Numbered from the whole stretch's first letter, positions 1-11,717 are shown. The stretch is 63,288 nt of DNA, filler included, from Octopus bimaculoides (GCF_001194135.2; 4 parts of 4 records of this genome joined end to end with filler, not necessarily neighbours in it), one strand, 5' to 3'. The notes: generated by a model from the letters alone, not told the origin. Numbers and translations are program-made.

Positions 1-1244
1 ATAGAAAAGTTGTACTGATTTTCGGCTGAAACGATAGCAATAAATGTGAGCGTGGTAAAAATGAATCCAGTGTGAGAGACATCATTGACGACTCTCTCGT
101 GAATTGAAATATTTATGTCCTAATCTAATTCAAATTAATTGAAACCAGGACGGTACAAGGAAGTTGAATACGGATAGAATAAATTTTCTCATGAATTCAA
201 GGTCACAGTGTGCGCATGTTGTGTGTTAAAATGTTTTGATAGCCTTACGAGCAGTGCATGAATGCTGTGACAAGGTGCCAAGGTAGATGGCTGCTATAGT
301 CCCCAATATTTTTGATGGTTGCTCAGAGTGACTTCTGTTGGTGTTTTGCTGCATGTATTGGGATTGGTTTCCTGGCCTTCAGCCAGAATCGCAGCTAAGC
401 GAAACTAAAATGTTCTCTTTTCACTGAGGTTTATAGATCGAAAACTATGATGCGACAGTTAAATGACTTACTGTTATTGATCAATATATTTTTAGCTTGT
501 AGAATGAATCATGGCCAGTAGGGTCATCAAGGTCGAGCTGACACTTCTGACTGGTCGAGAGAGAAAGGTCAGAAGATAGAAAACAAAATCATTTTCATAT
601 TTCTATAGTAGGGAGAATATAATGTGACAAAAGAAACTGGAGAAAATGCTGAGGTTTATTGCAACTGGATTTAAAGTTTATAGATCGAATCTTGGCTAAA
701 TTTCCGTTGCACATAGTTCTGATCGCATCAATGCTACATATATTGTTGTAACTGTACTCAGCAAGAATAACTTTACAATTACGGATATTTTCTCAATGGA
801 TAAACACTTCAAAGTTCTCAAAAGGGTAAGGGTAAATATTTATTTTATGAGCAATTAATTTGTGGACTCTTCAGATAGTTTTAGTCATGTTGAAATACTG
901 CTTTTGTTGTTTCTGTGGTTTATTTTATTCATCGGATTGAGGCTATATTTGAGCACAACTGCTTTGCTTGTTGTTTGGTCTCTGATGTATATCTTATAGT
1001 TCAGTTTTGTTATGGTTATTTTGCTTACGTTTGGAGTCACTTATCTGAGAAACAGATTTTCCTGAATATTCCTTGTATAGATAATGGTGTAGTTCTTGCT
1101 GGTGTTGGAGAAAATAGGCACTCTTATTGAACTCTCAGGAATTCCTAAGTGGTCAATCTCCCTTATGTTACTTACTTTAAGAAAGAATTTAAACTCTCTT
1201 TTAGTCTCGTCATGGTAAGCCCATTCATATATTTAACCTAATCT

Positions 1245-1560
1245 ACGGCATCCCTCGGTTTCAAAAGATCTTGAATCTGCACCTGAAAAATTTTGTGTTG
1301 GCTGTTGATGGCAGTGCAGCATCTTCCGTGGTTGCACAGGCTCACACGAGAGTGGCAGTTTTACATACAGTGACTGCATTTGAAGACAGATGCTCTCCAC
1401 CGGTGTTACTTTCATCTATGATATTGTCGAAACTGAATCATGAAGATTTTGCTTCTAATTCTAGGCCAGGAAATAATTACGCTTCGATCTCTACAAAGCT
1501 TTGGCCAAGGAGAAAGAGTAATCGCTCATTTGAGACGGTGCTGTAACGCTGTTGCAGTTT
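1245..1560 (-). mobile_element. Decayed 3' end of an RTE-clade LINE
   Basis: The minus strand reads PWPKLCRDRS...SVFKCSHCM*NCHSRVSLCNHGRCC, resembling the RTE C-terminal C-x2-C...CHSRIGL.SH motif. It is followed by an RTE-like 3' UTR ending ...GAGGGATGCC. Confidence 0.5.
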
Positions 1561-1934
1561 TAATGCAGTTGGCTCTTTACTAACCATCCTAGATTGTATC
1601 CGATAACCCATTCGACTAATTAGCAAACTTTCATGTGCCAGTACATTTCAACCACCACTTAACTGGTTTAATGTTTCTTTTCTGCTTCTCTTCTCTCGCT
1701 ACCACAATGACTTTTGTGTGACTCGAAACTGATTAGCTGCACTCTTTATGCTCTCACGTCTTATTTGACTCTCTCCCGCTCATCATCTTGAATTAAACCA
1801 TTCTTTCTTCCCCAGAACTGCAACTCTATGTAATTCCTGCCCGGAACCCACGCGTATCTGGAATACGTTCTTTCAGTCATGTTTTAATCTAAGTATCAAA
1901 TTCATGAGACCAAGAGATCTCTGTCTTTATATTA

Positions 1935-2085
1935 CTTTTTATCTTTTACTAGTTTCATTCATTGGATTGCGGCTATACTGGAGCACCACTTTGAAGGGTT
2001 AAGTCGAACAAAGCTAGCCCAGTACTTATTTTAAAATCAGGTTATTATTCTCTCAATCTTTTTTGTCGAACTACTAAGTTTTATA
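1935..2085 (-). mobile_element. SINE family A, 3' fragment
   Basis: Diverged match to the 3' part of the copies at 3003-3404 and 7984-8381 (…CTGGAGCACC…GTCGAAC…CCCAGTACTT…). Confidence 0.75.
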
Positions 2086-2134
2086 CATGTGTGTGTGTGC
2101 ATGTGTATGCGTGTATGTATGTGAATCTTTACGT

Positions 2135-2345
2135 CTGTATTTGTCACTCACAATGCCGCTTGACAACCGGTGCTGGATTTGTTACGTCCACGTAATTTAG
2201 CAGTTCAACAAAAAGACCGATAGAATAAGTACCAGACTTAAAACAAATATAAGTACTGGGATCAATTTGTTCGACTAGAAACCTTCAGAGTAGTGCCCCA
2301 GCATGGCCACAGTCTTATAAGTGAATCAAGCAAAAGAGGAAAGAC
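2135..2345 (+). mobile_element. SINE family A, 3' fragment, inverted relative to 1935-2085
   Basis: Contains GCTTGACAACCGGTG…GATAGAATAAGTACC…GTACTGGG…TTCGACTA…CCAGCATGGCCACAGTC, the reverse complement of the family A tail. Confidence 0.8.
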
Positions 2346-2477
2346 AGATCACTGGACACGCCAGTATATCAAAACTAAAATATTTTTTAAAACTAAGATG
2401 TAATCTCAGAATCTAACTGACGCTTCCCATTTCTGTTACAATCCTGTCAGGCCGTACTCCCGCTATCGCGGGAATTC

Positions 2478-2860
2478 TTGTTGTTGGCACTCCATCGCTT
2501 ACGACATCGAGGGTTCCAGTTGATCCGATCAATGGAACAGCCTGCTCATTAAATTAGCGTGCAAGTGGCTGAGCACTCCACAGACACGTGTACCCTTAAC
2601 GTAGTTCTCGGGGATATTCAGCGTGACACAGTGTGACAAGGCTGACCCTTTGAATTACAAGCACAAAAGAAACAGGAAGTAAGAGTGAGAGAAAGTTGTG
2701 TTGAAAGAGTACAGCAGGGTTCGCCACCATCCCCTGCCTGAGCTTCGTGGAGCTTTAGGTGTTTTCGCTCAATAAACACTCACAACGCCCGTTTGGGAAT
2801 CGAAACCGCGATCCTACGACCGCGAGTCCGCTGCCCTAACCACTGGACCATTGCGCCTCC
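2478..2860 (-). mobile_element. Full-length tRNA-derived SINE, family B
   Basis: Minus-strand head GGAGGCGCAATGGTCCAGTGGTTAGGGCAGC…GGTTTCGATTCC carries box A/box B-like motifs. The tail ends GGAGTGCCAACAACAA. A near-identical copy lies at 17878-18219. Candidate 13-bp TSD at 2463-2475 / 2861-2873. Confidence 0.9.
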
Positions 2861-3002
2861 CCATAGCGGGAATAGGTTAAACGTAATCTCTACCGGATTC
2901 CAGGTAAAGTGGTAATGAACCACACACGTATAAAAGAAAACGCAGCTGATTCTGTCCATTACGTTGCCTGCAGCCGTTACTCTTCAACTGTGCATGCAAC
3001 CT

Positions 3003-3404
3003 TTATCTTTTATCGTTTTATGTTTTAGTTGTTTCAGTCATTAGACAGAGGCCATGCTGGAGCACCGCCCTGAATTATTTTATTAAAAGCCTGGTATTTA
3101 TCCTATCGATGTCTATTGCCTAACCGCTAAGTTACGGGGACGCAAACACACAGACACTTGTTGTCAAGCGGTGGTGGGGGACAAACACAGACGCAAAGAT
3201 ACGCACGCACACACATACACCCACCCACATCCAAACATATACGAGCTTCTTTCAGTTTCCGTCTACCAAATTCACTCACAAGGCTTTGCTCGGCCCGAGG
3301 CTTTAGTAGAAGATACTTACCCAAGGTGCCGAAACCTCGTGGTTAGGAATCAAGCTCGTGGTTGGGAAGCAAGCTCCGTACCACACAACCACGCCAGAGC
3401 CTAT
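3003..3404 (-). mobile_element. tRNA-derived SINE, family A
   Basis: Same architecture as 7984-8381: tRNA-like head, CTTGGG(C/T)AAGT core, internal CA-rich tract and (TAAAAGA)-like tail. Confidence 0.9.
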
Positions 3405-3862
3405 TCATATTTTTACTTGGGAGTCCTAATGGATGGTAAAGTTAGATACAGGGATCCAGGTCTGAGAGGGCTAAGTTATTTCCTAACCATATAACCTTCA
3501 GTAGGATAAGTTATTGAACTCTCATTATTTTTCTCGTAGTCTTTCTAAATGCACACATGTTGGTTCCTCTCATAGACCTGTAAAATCTGATCGGAAATTC
3601 GTATTTTTGTTGGATCAATGTAATTAACAACCATGTTGTCTCATGAAAACTATCGCCTTGAGTAGAGGAGTCAAAATACTTTTGTAATTATTGCAAAACA
3701 ATAAGATGAGAATATCAGACAGTTACGGCAAATAGATTTTTTTGTTAATTATTTTCTTTTTTTTTCTTTCTTTTCTTTTTTAGAAAGTTCAACCTGCGCA
3801 AGAGAATATATTTAAAGAAGCAAGATGTCGGTAAATGGAATAAATAAGCAAACACACGCACG

Positions 3863-3908
<46 letters not shown>

Positions 3909-4903
3909 CGCACACACGCACGCACACACACACAAATCACATACGCATACACACTATTTAAATATACANNNNNNNNNNNNNNNNNNNNNNNNNNNNNNNN
4001 NNNNNNNNNNNNNNNNNNNNNNNNNNNNNNNNNNNNNNNNNNNNNNNNNNNNNNNNNNNNNNNNNNNNNNNNNNNNNNNNNNNNNNNNNNNNNNNNNNNN
4101 NNNNNNNNNNNNNNNNNNNNNNNNNNNNNNNNNNNNNNNNNNNNNNNNNNNNNNNNNNNNNNNNNNNNNNNNNNNNNNNNNNNNNNNNNNNNNNNNNNNN
4201 NNNNNNNNNNNNNNNNNNNNNNNNNNNNNNNNNNNNNNNNNNNNNNNNNNNNNNNNNNNNNNNNNNNNNNNNNNNNNNNNNNNNNNNNNNNNNNNNNNNN
4301 NNNNNNNNNNNNNNNNNNNNNNNNNNNNNNNNNNNNNNNNNNNNNNNNNNNNNNNNNNNNNNNNNNNNNNNNNNNNNNNNNNNNNNNNNNNNNNNNNNNN
4401 NNNNNNNNNNNNNNNNNNNNNNNNNNNNNNNNNNNNNNNNNNNNNNNNNNNNNNNNNNNNNNNNNTGTATATATATGTGTACATACATACATGCATGCAT
4501 ACATACATATACACATACATACATACATACATACATACAGACAGACAGACAGACATACATACCTACATACATACATATACGTTTGTGTGTGTCTACGTAT
4601 CAATACACTACATATACCTGTATGGACTGATAAACTGAAAAACGGATATAAAACTAGATAGATCGTGGGGTTTTTCGTTTAGTCAGTGGTATTCGCGACC
4701 TTAATGTCAAACTGCTAATTAATTTCCAGATAATTCACTGTTTCTTTTTCATCATTATATCTTCTAATGAATGAACGTAAGAAATGAAAAACAAAAATGA
4801 TGTAAGAGGAAATAAGTCGCCTCTTCAGGATAGTGACTGAAAATTATTTCCTAGAAAAATTAGTCCTTTATCTTGTGGTCATATATTTGTCGTTATAATG
4901 AAC

Positions 4904-5290
4904 ACAGTCCGCTCCCATTATATGTTCTACGCTGATTCCCGAATGGTGGATAATGAGCGAAAGAATTCGATCGCGAATAAAAGCAACCGAAATGAGATTC
5001 CCCCGAAAGTTTTCTGGAGTGATATTACTCGACAGGGGACATACATAACTCGGTGATCAATGAGTTTTTCCAGGTAAAGCAACTACGTCTCCAGATTGGG
5101 AGGTCACAGCACCGACACAAAAGACGTGATTAGACTGCTGCAGGAAAGAGACGGATTCAATCAAGCCGATCCAACTGGCAGGAGATCTAAGGGGTAGACT
5201 AAGAACAAGTTTGTTGGATAATACCCATAGTCTCAGTTGGTAATGCTTGGTAATCCAGCTGGAAAGTATAATGACGGTTGCTTCTGATAG
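4904..5290 (+). mobile_element. RTE-clade (Rex3/Expander-like) LINE C-terminal fragment, decayed
   Basis: Translates as WIMSERIRSRIKATEMRFPRKFSGVILLDR…PTGRRSKG…HSLSW*CLVIQLESIMTVASDR, matching the WVMTER.RSRIQAAEM.FLRRV.G…PTGRRPRGRP pattern of these elements. Confidence 0.75.
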
Positions 5291-6304
5291 GACTCTATAG
5301 ATGAGGTGCTTGAAAACACCACACTCCCAATAATAACGAGCGAATAAAATGATTGGATTTTAGCTGTATTCGGTGTCATTACAAGGCAAAAAGCATTAAA
5401 GCAAATGCATTTTAACTGTAAGTCAGACATAATTAACCGCAATGGTATTTCAGAAATATGGAGAGAACCACCAGTCGTAGCTTCACTATTATACTAAATT
5501 CCGAACTTCACATAAGGTTGTAAATGTATTCCGTGAAATTAGATTTCTGCACGGCACGAGTTACGAGTAGATGTTCAGCGTAGGTAGTAAGTATCACTAA
5601 AATAAATTGCTAACCCATATCACGATGAGAAAATGTCTAAAAATATTTTGACATCAAAAGAATATTAATTTATACATATACGTAATGCATACCACGCACT
5701 CACTCTGATATATATATAATAATAGAAAATTTAGACAAATACGTATAATTAGATTAGTGTGTTTAAATGTCGAGCAGAGCACCGGCACATATGTTGGACC
5801 TAATAAAAGTCTAGTACAAAATCCATCTCCTACTATTAATTTATATATAGAGAGAGAAAAGAATCAAAGTTCATGAACTCATCCATGAAAATCCACAGTC
5901 ACATATAGAAAAATTAATAAGTAAATACACAATAAATATGTATAATAAAATTCATAAAATAATAATAATAATAAAACTACTACACGTGTTTCATAACCAA
6001 ATTTCAAATAGAAAATAAAATATAATCAAATCGATTAAATCGATCGGAAATCAATTCTTTTCAAAAGTATAGCTAATCTTTAGGTCAAAATACAACAGTA
6101 ATAATAAAATGAATGTATATATCAACCAACAATAAATAACAAATTAATGTATATGAAAATACCTAATTTTTTCTATATGTGACTGTGGTTCTTTTCTCTA
6201 AATTATATATTTATATATTATATAATGTGAAACTTAATTTAATTTTGATTTTTGATAAATTGAATTTAATTGAGTTTTTACCTGTAAATTTGGATTTTTA
6301 TCCG

Positions 6305-6307
<3 letters not shown>

Positions 6308-6367
<60 letters not shown>

Positions 6368-6370
6368 TAT
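6308..6370. repeat. (ATT)n microsatellite
   Basis: Direct reading; source of the poly-Y / poly-N ORFs. Confidence 0.95.
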
Positions 6371-6554
6371 ATATCACACACATATATGCGAGGGAATCTG
6401 TGTGTAAGTATGTATGTATGCATCTCTGTGTGTGTGCGTGAATGCGTACATAGATATTTATACAAGCATATAAAAATGTACGCACATACATACATCAATT
6501 TTTTATATTTTATACACCCGCATAAAGTAAAATGTTTTAGAAACTTTGCACATA

Positions 6555-6712
6555 CAGGGTGTCCATAAATTATCTTAATTTGAAAAGTTCAAAAAGAAAT
6601 TAATTGGAAAACAGGCAAACGAATAAACTTTTATTAGAAGCACGTCCATGTGAACAACCTGGTGAGTTATCCTAGATTTTTCAAATTCTAAAGCTTGATT
6701 GTGGACACCCTG
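6555..6712. mobile_element. Short Tc1/mariner-type MITE
   Basis: 11-bp terminal inverted repeats CAGGGTGTCCA (6555-6565) and TGGACACCCTG (6702-6712). TA on the left; the right flank is TT, so the TSD is imperfect. Confidence 0.6.
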
Positions 6713-6859
6713 TTTAATATGTTATATAATCCCACTCGCTCACATTCACGATTTTGTAATGATATTGAGCGACAACTGATATTGTTCTGCTTCCATGCTA
6801 CTCTGTTTAATGCTCTCAAGAACTCAGCCTACAGCACATAGATTTAATAGGAATTGCAC

Positions 6860-7290
6860 GTAGTACATTTATTCTTGTTTCGCTGACTCATTAATCACTG
6901 CGAACTGTGTTACACTTATCGCGAATTGATGTGATATCTCGGGTCGAGAATCAGTCACAGGTTCTACTTGCACCGCAAAAGCGCGCCTCATTGACCATTC
7001 ACAATGTTCAGGATAACTTGGGATATTGGAAATGTACGAGGGAACTGTAATGCGGGGAAATAAGATAAGATTCACCTACCTTCTCGCTATTGGCCGCCCA
7101 GCTGTACTAAGTCCAAAACACGCGCCCTACCAGTCGCACCTAATATAAGCAGCTGCTACTACCAATCCCGCGAGCTCGCTCCGCTGACGCCCGTTCACGG
7201 CGAGTGCACCAGGCCGAAAGAGGACGACCCTGGTATTGCTTCCCTCACTTCCTCTCTCCCCCGTCCTGTCCCGGTCAGGTACCTCGACCA
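6860..7290 (-). promoter_or_regulatory. Candidate CpG-rich promoter and non-coding first exon of a leftward gene
   Basis: CpG-rich stretch with no match to the repeat families seen here. CCAAT at 7162-7166, TGACG at 7185-7189, TATA-like CTTATATTA (rc 7141-7149), and a strong minus-strand donor AAG|GTAGGT with the intron starting at 7079. Confidence 0.4.
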
Positions 7291-7983
7291 TTGATGTTAC
7301 AACCGTTTCCTTCTGACTTATCTCATCAACACTGGAACAAAACAGTTTCTCTCTATGTTCTTTTATTTATCACTGATTCATTTAACACTATTTTTAGAAA
7401 CAAGCACCCGTGATAAACGAGGATATATGCATACATATACAAATCGAAACTTAATGAAAATTATGCTTGTCCCAACATCAAAATTTCAACCATTGACTTG
7501 ACTTATACATTAAATCAATGCATAAATTAGCATTTTTATAATAAGAAAACATAAATTTTGTTTACTATTAAACCTTGGGAAAGGCATTGTGCCGGTAATA
7601 AACACACGCACTGGTTAAATAGTATTTCTTCAAACACACGTATCCACATCAAGAATCTTGCACACCAAATACACATACGAAATAAATTTTGTTTATATTT
7701 AATCAATATTATATTTTGTCTAATCCAGACGGCAGGTCCCTGATTCCTATATAGATAGTTCTTCGTAATTCACATGTTCATTGGAACATAAGATTTGTGA
7801 CTAGAAAAAAAAAGCAACAGTTAAAGGTCGGAGTGTATTGTCTCGCGGCTGTATTTATCTATAAATAGATGATAATGTGATGGCGGATCCCTTATTTTCC
7901 CATCTCACTATTTGTCTCTTATGTACAGATAAACAGGATAACTGCAAATGTCAGTTGTAATTTGCTATTACTACTACTACTAC

Positions 7984-8145
7984 TCTTTTATTCTTTTATT
8001 CTTTTACTTGTTTCAGTCCTTTGACTGCGGTCATGCTGGAGCACCGCCTTTAGTCGTGCAAATCGACCCCAGGACTTATTCTTTGTAAGCCTAGTACTTA
8101 TTCTATCGATCTGTTTTGCCGAACCGCTAAGTTATAGGGACGTAA

Positions 8146-8177
<32 letters not shown>

Positions 8178-8381
8178 ACACACACATATGAATAAATATA
8201 TATATATATATATATACGACGGGCTTCTTTCAGTTTCTGTCTACCAAATCCACTCACAAGGCTTTGGTCGGCCCGAGGCTATAGTAGAAGACACTTGCTC
8301 AAGGAGCCACGCAGTGGGACTGAACCCGGAACCATGTGGTTGGTAAGCAAGCTACTTGCCACACAGCTACTCCTGCGCCTA
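7984..8381 (-). mobile_element. Full-length tRNA-derived SINE, family A
   Basis: Head AGGCGCAGGAGTAGCTGTGTGGCAAG…GGTTCCGGGTTCAGTCCC (box A/B-like), then CTTGAGCAAGTGTC core, CA/TA tract and (TAAAAGAA)n-like tail. Confidence 0.92.
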
Positions 8382-8384
8382 ATA

Positions 8385-8845
8385 ATAATCATAATAATGA
8401 GAGCAGAAAAAAAGGGAAAACAAAGGAAGAAATACAATGGAGTACTCAATCAATTTCATGTACAACAGAGGTTGCTGGAGAAAGTAGATGGGATCGGCTG
8501 ATGAAAGGAACACTAAAAAAGAGACCAAGGGCACTATACTGGCAGTGCAGGACCAAGCTTTGACCACGAACCGGAGGGTCAACCTGAGGAATGAGCAAGT
8601 GTCTCCGCCGTACTGCATCTGCAATAGAGAAGATGAGATCATTTCCCATATCACGAACGAATGCCCTAGACTTGCCCAAAACCACTACAAGTTGTGGCGA
8701 CACTACCAGGTAGCGAAAGTGCTACATCGGAAACTGCGAAAAGTGGGGGGCTAGAGAGAGGCAAGACGTGGTATGAGCACAAACCGCAGAGAGTGGCGGA
8801 GTCGGAGACTAAGAAAATCCTCTAAGATTTCCCAATCTAAATAGT
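8385..8845 (+). mobile_element. R4/Dong-type (RLE) LINE fragment including the CCHC knuckle
   Basis: Reads LKK/ETKGTILAVQDQALTT…YCICNREDEIISHITNEC…WYEHKPQRVAESETKKIL*DFPI. Flanked by short (TAA)n runs. Confidence 0.85.
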
Positions 8846-8914
8846 AATAATAATAAAATGGCAAGAAAAACCTGTCAATGGTAAATACCCAAAGAGAGCT
8901 AATAATGCCGATGT

Positions 8915-9871
8915 TGACAAAGCCCTTACCCATCAATGATTAGTCTCTGGCTTAAAATCAGAAACAGAAGGGNNNNNNNNNNAAGCCCTTACCCATCAAT
9001 GATTAGTCTCTGGCTTAAAATCAGAAACAGAAGGGTTTATCATAGCAGCCCAAGATCAATGCCTATCTACAAGGAACTACTAGGCCAACATATTAAAGAA
9101 AGCAGCTGCCCAACATGTCGTGTATGTAAACAACAAAATGAAACCATTGATCATGTTGTCTCCATGTACAGTCTTCTTGCGCCAACAGAGTAGCTCAACA
9201 TGCATGACAGAGCAGCACAGTATATTCACTGGGTAACTTGCAAAAACCTGGACCTGCCCTATGATAAAAACTGGTGGGAATACAAACCACCTCCAATGCT
9301 TGAAAATGGTCACGTCTCACTCCTCTGAAACTTCCCCATTCAAACTGACAGAAAGATGCTAATAGGCCAGACATTATATTGAAAGACTTCAGACAAAAAT
9401 CATGCCTCCCCATTGATATGACTGTCCCAATCGACATAAATGTATCTTTCAAGACCTACCAAAAAACTGAACAAGTATAAAGATCTTGAAATAGAAATTG
9501 GCAATGTGTTGAGCCTTAAGACTAAAACAATAACTGTTGTCATAGGTGCCCTAGGAATGATAGCAAAAGGGGTTGATTCCTACCTAGCTCAGATATCAGG
9601 AAACCCCCAAATGGCAGCAATTCAAAAGATAGTGCTCATGGGAACTGCCCATATCCTATGTAAAATATTGTCCCTGTAATCTCAAATCTTAAAACAAACT
9701 TATAATTTTCTTATGTTTCCTTAAACATTCTCTAGAACAATACTATGTGCAAAACCAAATGTATAACACCCTAGACTTAACACGAACTTGAACTTCTAAC
9801 TTGTCTCTTGAGGTCTCTAGGTGAGATTTGGAGTCAACCTGTGCAAATACAAAGCGAAAGTCAAACATATA
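8915..9871 (+). mobile_element. R4/Dong-type LINE 3' portion (Zn knuckle, RLE endonuclease, 3' UTR), disrupted
   Basis: Reads GLKSETEGFIIAAQDQ…CRVCKQQNETIDHVVS…NRPDIILKD…IDMTVP…KYKDLEIE…VIGALG…LMGTAHIL. The 3' UTR matches 22035-22240 on the opposite strand. Confidence 0.92.
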
Positions 9872-10256
9872 NNNNNNNNNNNNNNNNNNNNNNNNNNNNN
9901 NNNNNNNNNNNNNNNNNNNNNNNNNNNNNNNNNNNNNNNNNNNNNNNNNNNNNNNNNNNNNNNNNNNNNNNNNNNNNNNNNNNNNNNNNNNNNNNNNNNN
10001 NNNNNNNNNNNNNNNNNNNNNNNNNNNNNNNNNNNNNNNNNNNNNNNNNNNNNNNNNNNNNNNNNNNNNNNNNNNNNNNNNNNNNNNNNNNNNNNNNNNN
10101 NNNNNNNNNNNNNNNNNNNNNNNNNNNNNNNNNNNNNNNNNNNNNNNNNNNNNNNNNNNNNNNNNNNNNNNNNNNNNNNNNNNNNNNNNNNNNNNNNNNN
10201 NNNNNNNNNNNNNNNNNNNNNNNNNNNNNNNNNNNNNNNNNNNNNNNNNNNNNNNN

Positions 10257-10515
10257 GCTCAACATCCTTAAACAAACCTTATTCAGGGACCTTTTGAGCG
10301 GGATGGGCTACTCGACCTGAAGAAAATTTTAACTGGGCCCCACCTGCGAGGCCATGCGCTGTTTATCTTGATATGAGATCACCATGTCGCGCTCATATGG
10401 TTGTGATGCATGCGCCTAGTATACCCTTATCAGACGGTTAGTTATGATGGGCATAATGGGCTTCGTATATTTTACCCCAGTGTCACTTTGATGGTTATGC
10501 ACTGCTCTCTCACTC

Positions 10516-10570
<55 letters not shown>
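10257..10570 (+). mobile_element. SINE-like element (family C) with (TAA)n tail; head lost in the gap
   Basis: Non-coding, GC-balanced body ending CACTGCTCTCTCACTC(AAT)n. I recognise it as a common octopod interspersed repeat, but there is only one copy in the window. Confidence 0.55.
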
Positions 10571-10571
<1 letters not shown>

Positions 10572-10574
10572 TTG

Positions 10575-10870
10575 ACGTAGCCGTACCAAATAACATGAAA
10601 ATTGCGAGTAAAGAGGTTGAAAAAAAATCATCAAGTCTCCGACCTGAAAGTGAATATGATAAGACTGTTTGGAATGCGGGAGAGTAATGTAAAAGTGATA
10701 CCAGCTGTGATCAGGGAATTAGTGTCAAACCCACTGAAACTTCGTCACTTCTTAAAGCGGTTGGAAATACTATGCAAGATTGATGTCATACAAAAATCAG
10801 CCTTGATAAGTACAGCATACATTTTAAGATAAGTATTATTTGGCTGGGGTGTTTGTTGTGGCTTGACAGA
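10575..10870 (+). mobile_element. Old RLE-LINE C-terminal fragment
   Basis: Reads KEVEK…DLKVNMIRLFG…VKVIPAVIREL…IQKSALISTAYILR, the RLE tail pattern KxxEKxxKY…VIPxVIGALG…QKxALLGTAxILR. Confidence 0.7.
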
Positions 10871-10919
10871 TGCCTAAATACTTCAGTGTATTTTCCATCT
10901 ACACTGCGTAATAAAGAAA

Positions 10920-11322
10920 TAATAGTTGTTTCAAATTTTGGCACAGTACCAGCAATTCGGGGGGGGGGAGTAAGTCGATTACATCGACCGTTGTGCTCAA
11001 CTGGTATTTATTTTATCGAATCCGAAAGGATGAAAGGCAAAGTCGACTTCGGCGGAATTTGAACTCAGAACATAAAGACGGACGAAATACTGCTAAGTAT
11101 TTTGTCCGGCGTGCTAACGTTTCTTATTTCTTTATTGCCCACAAGGGGCTAAACATAGAGGGGACAAACAAGGACAGACAAAGGGATTAAGTCGATTACA
11201 TCGACCCCAGTGCACAACTGGTACTTATTTAATCGACCCCGAAAGGATGAAAGGCTAAGTCGNNNNNNNNNNCCACTAAGCATTTCGTCCGGCGTGCTAA
11301 CGATTCTGCCAGCTCGCCACTT
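10920..11322 (-). mobile_element. Two tandem copies of tRNA-derived SINE family D
   Basis: Both contain rc of GTCGACTT(T/C)GCCTTTCATCCTTTCGG…GATAAA(A/T)TAA(G/A)TACCAG. Head GGCGAGCTGGCAGAATCGTTAGCACGCCGG. Copies at about 10920-11113 and 11118-11322. Confidence 0.85.

Positions 11323-11323
<1 letters not shown>

Positions 11324-11405
<82 letters not shown>
11324..11405. repeat. (TAG)n microsatellite
   Basis: Direct reading. Confidence 0.95.
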
Positions 11406-11717
11406 ATAATAATGATAAAAAGTCCCTACCTATACTGGTGTAGAGCGACCTATTTAGATAAGAATTTGTTATATCATCTCGGATATATCATTCATGGTTG
11501 ACATGTTAGTCTTAAATTAAACTGATCTAAAAATATAAGTATTTGTTCAATGCAAACTGGGCCGCCCTCTTCAAAGTTGGGGAATGGGATCAAGAAGTAC
11601 AGAGACAAAAATATTCGAGAAAGTTATACATCCCTACCGTATGTGTGATTTATTCTTGATTTAATATATCCTCGATATAACACATTCCTCTTAAGATACA
11701 TAATAATATAAGCTTTA

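Noticed and set aside
8920-9035. 53-bp direct repeat flanking a 10-N gap
   Set aside because: Identical copies on either side of a minimal gap are the signature of unmerged overlapping contig ends.
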